From contig CAYLRO010000003.1 of the NCBI GenBank assembly GCA_964386635.1, forward strand, positions 13,345 through 77,344: DNA of 64,000 bases, given 5' to 3'. Numbering within the stretch: the stretch's first letter is position 1; each line of letters begins with the position of its first letter. The notes under the pieces are model-generated. The model saw nothing but the letters and a program-made list of their open reading frames with translations. It was not told where the DNA came from and ran no database searches. Origin of the DNA: an uncultured bacterium. Lineage in GTDB: Bacteria > Fermentibacterota > Fermentibacteria > Fermentibacterales > JCC-6. Positions 19,481 through 27,386 of the stretch are shown here, in pieces. The position numbers and the translations under genes are program-made.

Positions 19481-20809
19481 TTGACCCTTCCGCTTATTTT
19501 CAGTGTTTCGTTTATCCTGGTTTACATCTACATAGCGTTCGGGAGTCGTTTCAGAGGTACAGTTGTCTGGGTGGTTGCCGCGCTTGCAGTTGCAGTGGCA
19601 TCGATTTCCGGGCTGCATGTGGAGCTGGGGACACTTTTCCATATGGTGAACTGGAATGTTCTTCTGATCTTTTCCGGAATACTTTTCACTGCAGAGGTGC
19701 TGATAGATGCCGGGGTGCCGGCTCATCTTGCAGGAAGAATAATATCAATGAGCCGGAACTACGGATGGGCAGCGATGCTGATCTGCGGGTTATCCAGCGT
19801 TATCTCCATTTTTGTGGAGAATGTGGCAACAGTGATGATTGTTGCTCCTATTGCCCTTGAGGTAAGCAGGCGTCACAAGGCAAATCCCATCGTACTTCTC
19901 ATTGGAATTGCCATTGCAAGCAATCTGCAGGGTACAGGAACCCTGGTCGGTGATCCGCCGTCAATGATACTTGCTGCCAGTGAGAATATGAGCTTCAACG
20001 ACTTCTTCTTCATGAACGGCAAACCGGGAATATTCTGGGCTGTTCAGCTTGGCGCTGTTGCCAGCTTCTTTGTTCTTTATCACTTTCTGGGCAGGGACAG
20101 AGGCAGTGTGCCTAAAGTTCCTGTTCCTCCTGTGGCAAGCTGGATACCTGCGTGGATTCTTTCAGGTGTCATCGCCGGTCTGGCTATAATCAGTTTCATA
20201 AATCCGGGAGTACATCTTACTGCAGGGCTTCTCTGCATGACCGGTGGACTTGTCTCTCTTGTCTGGTATGCCTTTTTCAGGCGGAGGTACGGATACAAGT
20301 ATGATAATTGTGTAGACAGAAAAACCAGAAATGTAATAAAGTCATTCGATCTGGACACTCTTTTTCTTCTTGCAGGGATATTCTTCATGGTTGCCGCTCT
20401 TGACCATTACGGGGTAATGGCCCAGGCAGGCAGTTTTCTTGCAGGTATTGCAGGTGGAGAACCCCTTGCGGCTTACCTGATAATTGTAACAGGAGCACTT
20501 ATTTTCAGCGCATTCGTGGACAATGTTCCATTCGTTACAGCCATGATTCCTGTGACTCATGCACTTGCACAGTCCATGGGACATGGACCCGGTGAGCATC
20601 TGTATCTCACATTCGGCCTGCTGATAGGAAGCTGTCTCGGGGGCAATATTTCTCCAGTTGGAGCTGCTGCCAACATCATTTCAGTTTCCATACTCAGGAA
20701 GAACGGTTACAATGTTTCCTTCTGGCAGTTTGTGAAGATAGGTCTTCCATTTACACTGGTGGCCACAGTTGCAGGAGCTGCGTTCATCTGGTTTGTGTGG
20801 CATCCATGA
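19481..20809 (+). CDS. ArsB/NhaD-superfamily anion permease (citrate-transporter-like)
   Basis: The gene has a TTG start. It encodes a 442-aa polytopic membrane protein with the repeated-hairpin pattern typical of the ArsB/NhaD/SLC13-like fold (LLIFSGILFTAEVLIDAGVP...VENVATVMIVAPIALEV). Confidence 0.65.
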   Translation: MTLPLIFSVSFILVYIYIAFGSRFRGTVVWVVAALAVAVASISGLHVELGTLFHMVNWNVLLIFSGILFTAEVLIDAGVPAHLAGRIISMSRNYGWAAMLICGLSSVISIFVENVATVMIVAPIALEVSRRHKANPIVLLIGIAIASNLQGTGTLVGDPPSMILAASENMSFNDFFFMNGKPGIFWAVQLGAVASFFVLYHFLGRDRGSVPKVPVPPVASWIPAWILSGVIAGLAIISFINPGVHLTAGLLCMTGGLVSLVWYAFFRRRYGYKYDNCVDRKTRNVIKSFDLDTLFLLAGIFFMVAALDHYGVMAQAGSFLAGIAGGEPLAAYLIIVTGALIFSAFVDNVPFVTAMIPVTHALAQSMGHGPGEHLYLTFGLLIGSCLGGNISPVGAAANIISVSILRKNGYNVSFWQFVKIGLPFTLVATVAGAAFIWFVWHP

Positions 20810-21801
20810 GAGAACTTGTTTTTAAATTTGGAAAACGGGAAATCGGATCACGTATCAGCTTCATGGACAGAGTTGAAGAAATAGAACCTGCAGCAGATAT
20901 GGTTATAACAGATTCAAGAGTGGATGACCTGTTCCGATCGAAGCTTTCCCTGCGGGGAAAAGTACTGAGAATACCCGGCGGTGAGATCAGCAAAACACCG
21001 GAGACTCTGAACTCTATCTGGCGTGAGATGGCTGCTGCAGGGCTGAGGCGAGATTCCGTTGTCTGTGTGATCGGAGGAGGGACCGTGTGCGATATCGGTG
21101 CCTTTGCAGTTTCAACATGGAAAAGGGGAATGAAGCTGATACTTGTGCCGACTACACTTCTCTGTATGGTGGATGCCTGTCTTGGCGGCAAGACAGCAGT
21201 GAATATTGACAGTGAGAAGAATCAGGCCGGCACATTTCATCCTGCGGAAGAGATACTGGTATGCAGCGGATTCCTTGAGACCCTTCCTGCCGGCGAAATG
21301 CTGAATGGTATATCAGAAGCGTTGAAAACCGCTGTGATAGGTAACAGAGTGATAGTCGATCTTCTGAAAGAAAAAAATTACAAAAAAGTTGTTGAAGAGT
21401 GTCTGAAGATAAAGGGCGGGATTGTTACCCGTGATCTCGAAGAGTCCGGCGAGAGAAGGCTTTTGAATCTCGGGCACACCATGGGACACTGCATAGAAGC
21501 TGCCAGTGAATTCAGAATACCACACGGGCAGGCAGTGGCAATGGGTATCCCGATTGCTGCCCGGATGGGCGGAAACGATCTGTTCGCAGAGGAGTTTGTT
21601 TCAACAGCAGAAGAACTCGGGCTGGATACCGGTATACCGGGAGATGTTTTCATAGAAGATATCCTTTCTCACCTGGGTTCAGACAAGAAAACTTCTGCAT
21701 CCGGCAGAACATGGATAATTCCAGGCGGCTGGGAGAATTGCAGCCAGGTTTTCATGACGAGAGATACAGAAGAAGAACTTCTCAGGCGGTTATGGCTATA
21801 G
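20797..21801 (+). CDS. aroB: 3-dehydroquinate synthase family protein (AroB-like sugar-phosphate cyclase)
   Basis: DHQS motifs are present: GGGTVCDIGAFAVST, VPTTLLCMVDACLGGKTAVNID, KNQAGTFHPA, NLGHTMGHCIEA and IPHGQAVAMGIP. No other aro genes are nearby, so a DHQS-like cyclase with a different role cannot be excluded. Confidence 0.75.
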   Translation: MASMRELVFKFGKREIGSRISFMDRVEEIEPAADMVITDSRVDDLFRSKLSLRGKVLRIPGGEISKTPETLNSIWREMAAAGLRRDSVVCVIGGGTVCDIGAFAVSTWKRGMKLILVPTTLLCMVDACLGGKTAVNIDSEKNQAGTFHPAEEILVCSGFLETLPAGEMLNGISEALKTAVIGNRVIVDLLKEKNYKKVVEECLKIKGGIVTRDLEESGERRLLNLGHTMGHCIEAASEFRIPHGQAVAMGIPIAARMGGNDLFAEEFVSTAEELGLDTGIPGDVFIEDILSHLGSDKKTSASGRTWIIPGGWENCSQVFMTRDTEEELLRRLWL

Positions 21802-22511
21802 GTAGAACTGAAAGCGGATCTTTCTGGGATCACCTGGAGGAATTCAGGAAGAGGCTTTTCTCAGTTGTGCTTGTTGTAGCTGTTTTTTCAGCTGTTGCAT
21901 TTTTCTTCAGCAGAAAAATGACGGAACTGGTAACTGATACGGCACCATGTACTCTTTCAGCACTGGCTCCAGCAGAGGCTGTTACCGCAAATCTGAAAAT
22001 AGCTGTTACAGCAGGGATCATTGCTGCGTCCCCGGTTATTCTCTTCCAGATCTGGAAGTTCATAGCACCGGGACTGTACCGGCGAGAGCGCAGATCCGTT
22101 ATTACTGTCAGCGCAGCAGGTGCTCTGCTTTTTGTTTCAGGAGCAGCATTTGCATGGTTTATCATGAGAGAACCGGCACTGCTGCTTTTTAAAAGCTTTG
22201 AAACCGGTAACATCACCGGACACTGGAGCGTTTCCAGTTATATTGATTTTATCGGAACGTTTCTGCTTGTGTTTGGAGCGGCCTTCCAGCTTCCGCTTGC
22301 AGTGATGTTTCTTGTTAAAACCGGTGTTATTGAACCAGGAAGTCTGGCAGGTTACAGGCGGCACATTCTGGTTGGGCTGCTTATCCTTTCCGCAATTCTG
22401 ACTCCACCTGATCCGCTTACACAGATAATGCTTACACTGCCTCTGTACATTCTCTTTGAGGGGAGTCTGCTGATAGCCCGGATCTCATATAGAAAGGGAA
22501 GAAAGAAGTGA
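21792..22511 (+). CDS. tatC: Twin-arginine translocase subunit TatC
   Basis: The protein reads MAIGRTESGSFWDHLEEFRKRLFSVVLVVAV... with 6 TM segments. I chose the ATG at 21792, which overlaps the aroB end. The ORF track's 21711 start would add about 27 unlikely residues. Confidence 0.8.
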   Translation: MAIGRTESGSFWDHLEEFRKRLFSVVLVVAVFSAVAFFFSRKMTELVTDTAPCTLSALAPAEAVTANLKIAVTAGIIAASPVILFQIWKFIAPGLYRRERRSVITVSAAGALLFVSGAAFAWFIMREPALLLFKSFETGNITGHWSVSSYIDFIGTFLLVFGAAFQLPLAVMFLVKTGVIEPGSLAGYRRHILVGLLILSAILTPPDPLTQIMLTLPLYILFEGSLLIARISYRKGRKK

Positions 22512-23902
22512 GAGATAAAGCTTCAACCGGAATGATACATGCAGTAATTATTCTTATCTTCACCGGTATTGTTGTCTGGTCATTTGCTCCGGTACTGACC
22601 ACTTTCTTCGGTCCTCAGAGTTTCATTACTTTTTTAAATCCCCTGAAAGCGGAAACCCCCTATTTTCAGTATTTGAGAGATGGATGGAGCTGGCAGAACG
22701 ATCAGGGCACTCTTGTTGGCTTTTTCAGACCCCTGGCAAGCACTCTGTACATGCTTGAATATCCGCTGTTCGGTATCCAGCCAATGGGCTACAAACTGGT
22801 AAGTTTCTTTCTGCACCTTCTAAGCTCGCTGCTGATCGGCTTAACGGTATTCAGTATCTCCGGCAGGAGAGTTGCCGGACTTGCTGCAGGCATGCTTTTT
22901 GCAGTTCACCCCGGCTCTCTCTGGGCTGTGGGGCTGATATCCACAAGGCCGGACATACTGGCAGCGGTCTTTTCAATTCTGGCCTTCAGAAGCACCTTCT
23001 CCTTGAGCAGATTCAAAGGATTCGATCTGAAGAAGGCTCTTCTTCCGGCTCTCTTTACTCTTCTGGCGCTTCTTGCCAAGGAACTTGGAGTGGCAAACCT
23101 GTTTGCACTGCCTGTTCTGTTTTTCCTGTGGCCGGGCAAAGAGACAAACAGGAAGAATGGCCTGATTCTTATACTTTCACTGGCAGTGGTTGCCCTGATC
23201 TATTTCACCGGACGTTTTCTAATATTCGGAGGAGTGGGAGGATATGATAGTACAGCATCGCTGAACGCTGTTTTAAGATGGATTCCGGTGATTGTTCTTC
23301 AGGTATCTGGAGCTGCATACCTCTCAGGGGCAGCTAAGGTTGCTCTTCTTTCTGTGGAGATACTGCTGCTGGGAGTCTTCCTGTACAGGAAACGCAGCCA
23401 GGGCGTAAGAATGCTTGCTGCAGGGATTCTGATTACCGGTATCTACAGTTTTCAGTCAATACTGTCGTATCCTGAACCTCATTACGTATACGCGCCTGCG
23501 ATGTTTTCCACTCTGTTCATTGTCTGTTTAGCAAGTTTTGCAGGACTGACAGAAGGCAGGATGAGGTTACCCTCTGCTGTTCTGCTCATAACAATTCTTG
23601 CAGGTTCAGTAGTTACATTGAGGAAGGATGGTGCGCTGTTTAATCTCATTGCTGCACCGCCCCAGCGGATCTATGCAGGACTCTCAGCCCTGACGGATGA
23701 GCTGATGGAAACAGCGCCTGAAGAGTGTCTGATCCTGCTTACCGGATCCGATATCCCTGAGCAAAGGGAGATGAAAAATGCTCCAATCTACCTGGCTTAT
23801 CTCTATTCAGGCAGTTGCAGGTTCAGTCTTACCTTTGAGCCTGTTCCCTCTGGAATCCCAGTGATAATGTGGGACGGAACAGAGGCTGTGCTGCTCAGAT
23901 AG
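22508..23902 (+). CDS. Polytopic membrane protein, probable GT-C-fold glycosyltransferase
   Basis: The 464-aa protein has about 11 predicted TM helices and a large loop after TM1. It resembles ArnT/PMT/DUF2723-type proteins. Confidence 0.45.
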   Translation: MRDKASTGMIHAVIILIFTGIVVWSFAPVLTTFFGPQSFITFLNPLKAETPYFQYLRDGWSWQNDQGTLVGFFRPLASTLYMLEYPLFGIQPMGYKLVSFFLHLLSSLLIGLTVFSISGRRVAGLAAGMLFAVHPGSLWAVGLISTRPDILAAVFSILAFRSTFSLSRFKGFDLKKALLPALFTLLALLAKELGVANLFALPVLFFLWPGKETNRKNGLILILSLAVVALIYFTGRFLIFGGVGGYDSTASLNAVLRWIPVIVLQVSGAAYLSGAAKVALLSVEILLLGVFLYRKRSQGVRMLAAGILITGIYSFQSILSYPEPHYVYAPAMFSTLFIVCLASFAGLTEGRMRLPSAVLLITILAGSVVTLRKDGALFNLIAAPPQRIYAGLSALTDELMETAPEECLILLTGSDIPEQREMKNAPIYLAYLYSGSCRFSLTFEPVPSGIPVIMWDGTEAVLLR

Positions 23903-24800
23903 ACTTTTCTGCAGAGTAAACTGCCATGTCTCTGATGGTTTCAGGGAAAGACTTTACAGGTTGCCATCCGGTGGTTTCAGCAAGAAGCCGTTTGTCAGAG
24001 TATATGCACTCAATATCACCGATAGTTCCGGGAGCTTCATCCCAGGGAAAATCTGTATTCAGGGTTTTTTGCAGAGCAGTAAGAACATCAATCCCCTTGA
24101 TCGGAACTCCGTTACCCACATTCAGTATAAGGGGCAGAGTGGTTCCGGCAGCAGCCAGAGCTGCTATGGCTGCTGCAGCATCCCGTACATCCACAAGATC
24201 CCGGGAAGTACTCAGCGGCCCGGTTTTCAAGGGTGGGTTCAGTCGTCCAGTCTTTATCCGGATCAGTTTCTCAAGCAGAGAAGCAACCATCATAGCAGCC
24301 GGTTGACCAGGTCCGAAAAGATTGAAGAGCCTTGCTGCAGTGAATGCCATCTCTGCTCTGCCGGCAAGTTCACAAGCTATTTTTTCCTTTTCCAGAATGC
24401 TCCTGCCATAGTCAGTTACAGGAACAGTTGTGTGCTTTTCTGAAACCATTCCAGAAGGGTGCAGAGGTTTGCCGTAAACAGCGCAGGAACTTGCCATTAT
24501 AAACCTTAGGCAGTTATTCTGAAGGGCTGTCAACAGGTTGCCTGTACCGGTAATGTTTACTCTCTTCATATCCTCAACGGAACCTCGAATACCTGCCAGA
24601 TGAACCGTAACATCCCAGTATCTTCCTGAGAGTGAATTCTTTACCTGCATACTGTCCGAAAGGTCACACTGGAGAAACTCGAAGCAGTTGTTCACCGGTG
24701 ATACGGTATCCAGGGATGTTACAGAGAAACCTGAAGCTGCAAGAGCACAGGTTACACGTTTTCCCAGAAAACCTGATGAACCTGTGACAAGGGCTTTCAT
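23895..24800 (-). CDS. NAD-dependent epimerase/dehydratase (SDR family)
   Basis: The protein reads MKALVTGSSGFLGKRV... with a Rossmann fold. I chose the ATG at 24800, immediately after the upstream stop. The ORF track extends the ORF to 24887. Confidence 0.8.
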   Translation of the reverse strand: MKALVTGSSGFLGKRVTCALAASGFSVTSLDTVSPVNNCFEFLQCDLSDSMQVKNSLSGRYWDVTVHLAGIRGSVEDMKRVNITGTGNLLTALQNNCLRFIMASSCAVYGKPLHPSGMVSEKHTTVPVTDYGRSILEKEKIACELAGRAEMAFTAARLFNLFGPGQPAAMMVASLLEKLIRIKTGRLNPPLKTGPLSTSRDLVDVRDAAAAIAALAAAGTTLPLILNVGNGVPIKGIDVLTALQKTLNTDFPWDEAPGTIGDIECIYSDKRLLAETTGWQPVKSFPETIRDMAVYSAEKSI

Positions 24801-24801
24801 G

Positions 24802-25530
24802 CTAATCAATGTTCCTGAGGTAGAGAGAACTGTCTCTGCCGAATTCTTCCTGAGCAGTTGCATAGTCATCCGGGTTACCGATATCAAGCCATCTTGCCGT
24901 GGACATCTGACATTCTACAGTTTCCCCGGCCTTTATCAGACTGGTCACAAGCTCAGGGAAGTCCATTGCACAATTCTCGGGGATGTATTCCAGAGCTTTC
25001 CTGGAATAAGCATATATGCCCATGCTTACGTCATGATCGTAAACGGGTTTTTCAAGATAATTTGTAACCCTGCAACCGGTATGCTGAACAACACCAAGCT
25101 GCATCTTCACCCTCTTGCTGTGCATGCTGATGGTAAGCGCAGCATTTGAGTTCACATGGCCCAGATAAAGCTCTTCGAAGTTCAGAGTGGTGAAAAGATC
25201 TCCATTCAGTACAAGGAAATTATCAGGAAGATCCGGAATCAGCCTCAAAGGAGCTGCAGTTCCCAGAGGAGTGCTTTCTTTGATCCATGAGAACTTTATT
25301 CCTCTGTTCCGCAGTGGATGTTTGTGGAAGTAAGCTTCCAGCAGCTCTGCAAGGTATCCTGTGGAGAAAACAAGCTCGTTGAAACCTGCGGAGGCAAGCT
25401 GTCTTACAAGAATTTCCACAACCGGGTACTGTCCAAGGGGAACGAGAGGTTTGGGAAAAACTGCAGTGTACGGGGCCAGCCTTGTGCCTTTTCCGCCAGC
25501 CAGTATTACTGCCACTCGTCTTTCTTTCAT
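24802..25530 (-). CDS. Sugar-phosphate nucleotidyltransferase (glucose-1-phosphate cytidylyl/thymidylyltransferase-like)
   Basis: The N-terminus VAVILAGGKGTRLAPYTAVFPKPLVPLG is the NTP_transferase signature. Confidence 0.8.
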   Translation of the reverse strand: MKERRVAVILAGGKGTRLAPYTAVFPKPLVPLGQYPVVEILVRQLASAGFNELVFSTGYLAELLEAYFHKHPLRNRGIKFSWIKESTPLGTAAPLRLIPDLPDNFLVLNGDLFTTLNFEELYLGHVNSNAALTISMHSKRVKMQLGVVQHTGCRVTNYLEKPVYDHDVSMGIYAYSRKALEYIPENCAMDFPELVTSLIKAGETVECQMSTARWLDIGNPDDYATAQEEFGRDSSLYLRNID

Positions 25531-26507
25531 ATACGATACTCTCCGGGTCTGTAAAGTGAGGGGTGAGATCTTATCCAGTCAGCAGTGGTAGAAAGACCTT
25601 CAGCCAGTTTAACCTGAGGCTGCCAGCCTGTCAGTTTCCGTGCAAGTTCATATGAAGCCAGAAGTCTGTTAACCTCGCTTTCAGGCGGTCGTTTTCTCTG
25701 TGGAACGGAAGTATGTATGTCGATATCATCTCTGCCTGCAATACGCACAGCCAGTTCAGCCAGTTTGCCGATGGAAATTTCCTCTCCTGTTCCGAACTGA
25801 ACCGTTTGGCCCACAGCGGCAGGTGAATCTGCAAGGGCAATAAATCCTGCAGCGGTATCGTCTACAAAAGTGAAATCCCGTCTTGGCTCAGGAGATCCGA
25901 TTTCCACCCTGTCTGTAAAAAGAGCCTGAGCGAGAATTGTGGGGATAATGGCTCTTTGTGATTGTCCCGGTCCGTAGGTGTTGAATGGCCGGCAGATAAC
26001 CACAGGAAGTTCAAAGGTGGCATGATAGCTTAAAGCCAGTTGGTCGGCACCGGTTTTTGAGGCAGCATACGGGGATTGTGCATTAAGAGAATGCTTTTCT
26101 GTGATGGGTACTTCTCTGGCTGAACCGTAAACCTCACTGGTGGAGGTGATGATAACTTTGGCTCCGGTTTCCCTGGCGGCATTAAGAACATTCAGAGTTC
26201 CTCCGATGTTTACTGACACAACATCTGAAGGGCATGCGTATGAGTAGGGAATACCTATCAGGGCGGCAAGGTGGAAAACAGTATCGCAACCGGCGATTGC
26301 TTTCTTAAGCATCTCAGGCTCCCTGATGTCTCCGAAAAATAGAGTTACAGATTTCCTGACAGACTCGGGAAGCAGCTGGATAAGGCCGGCTGATGCAGTT
26401 GATGTATATCTCAGATAGCAGTTTACTTCGATACCGGCCTGAACAAGAGAGTTAACCAGACGGTGACCTATGAATCCGCCTGCACCGGTGACTAATACCT
26501 TTTTCAA
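25527..26507 (-). CDS. NDP-sugar 4,6-dehydratase/epimerase (SDR family)
   Basis: The protein starts KKVLVTGAGGFIGHRLV and has YxxxK SDR chemistry. A likely TTG start at 26507 (MKKVLVTG) avoids a 62-nt overlap with the upstream GT2 gene. The ORF track begins at 26624. Confidence 0.75.
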   Translation of the reverse strand: MKKVLVTGAGGFIGHRLVNSLVQAGIEVNCYLRYTSTASAGLIQLLPESVRKSVTLFFGDIREPEMLKKAIAGCDTVFHLAALIGIPYSYACPSDVVSVNIGGTLNVLNAARETGAKVIITSTSEVYGSAREVPITEKHSLNAQSPYAASKTGADQLALSYHATFELPVVICRPFNTYGPGQSQRAIIPTILAQALFTDRVEIGSPEPRRDFTFVDDTAAGFIALADSPAAVGQTVQFGTGEEISIGKLAELAVRIAGRDDIDIHTSVPQRKRPPESEVNRLLASYELARKLTGWQPQVKLAEGLSTTADWIRSHPSLYRPGEYRI

Positions 26508-26562
26508 AATGACCTGCCTTCTGCTCGAATGATATCCATGAACATAATAGCAGGAAGTTTTA

Positions 26563-27285
26563 TCAGCGACCCGGAAGAAGTCTTCTGAAGAAGTAGACAA
26601 GCATTTCCCAGAGCATGTTGACAATTACGGATGGCCTGTCCAGAGTGGATTTCCCTGATGTCCTGGGAGTGTACTCAAAACCTGTTTCACAGATAAATGT
26701 GCCTGTGCGGCGGATTTCCGCTATTAGTTCTGCATCGTAGAAGCATCCGTTTGCCCTGAGTCTCAACTGCTTGATAAGATTTCTGGATACAACTTTCATT
26801 GAGAAATTCACATCCCGGACATTCAATCTGAAGAAGAACTGAACCAGGCCGTTGTAGACATTACTGAAAAGCTTTCTTTTAAAGCTTTCCCTGGGTCCGA
26901 TCCTGTATCCTATAACAGCTTTGTGATCTTCAATCAGCGGAATTATATCTCTTATCTTTTCCACATCAAAAGGCTCATCCCCGTCAATGTACATTATCCG
27001 GTCCATGGTGCAATTGGCGAATCCCAGACGGATTGCACTGCCCAGACCTTCCCTGCTTATCTGGTGAATAACCCTTACCCATGGCCTGGAAACAGCAAGA
27101 GCGTCAGCTATCTCAGCGGTTTTGTCGGTGCTTCCGCTTTCAATGATCAGTATTTCGAAATCTTCGAAATTTTCCCTGAGGACTTCAGTTAGTGAAGATA
27201 CGGCACCTGCAACAACGTTTTCCTCATTGTAAACCGGGATCACTACAGAGATTGTGGTGGTGCTTCTGATGTTCTCCTCTGGCAT
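26563..27285 (-). CDS. GT2 glycosyltransferase (polyprenol-phosphate sugar synthase, Dpm1/ArnC-like)
   Basis: The motifs VVIPVYNEE, ESGSTDKTAEIA and YIDGD are present. The 240-aa length is typical of polyisoprenyl-phosphate glycosyltransferases. Confidence 0.75.
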   Translation of the reverse strand: MPEENIRSTTTISVVIPVYNEENVVAGAVSSLTEVLRENFEDFEILIIESGSTDKTAEIADALAVSRPWVRVIHQISREGLGSAIRLGFANCTMDRIMYIDGDEPFDVEKIRDIIPLIEDHKAVIGYRIGPRESFKRKLFSNVYNGLVQFFFRLNVRDVNFSMKVVSRNLIKQLRLRANGCFYDAELIAEIRRTGTFICETGFEYTPRTSGKSTLDRPSVIVNMLWEMLVYFFRRLLPGR

Positions 27286-27386
27286 TAAAGGACCCCTTGT
27301 AAGTTCGGGAAATGAGAATCAGTTAATCGGGACACAGGTGATGTCAGGCTGATGCAAGCAAGAATACCCGGAATTGTGGTTCTCTG

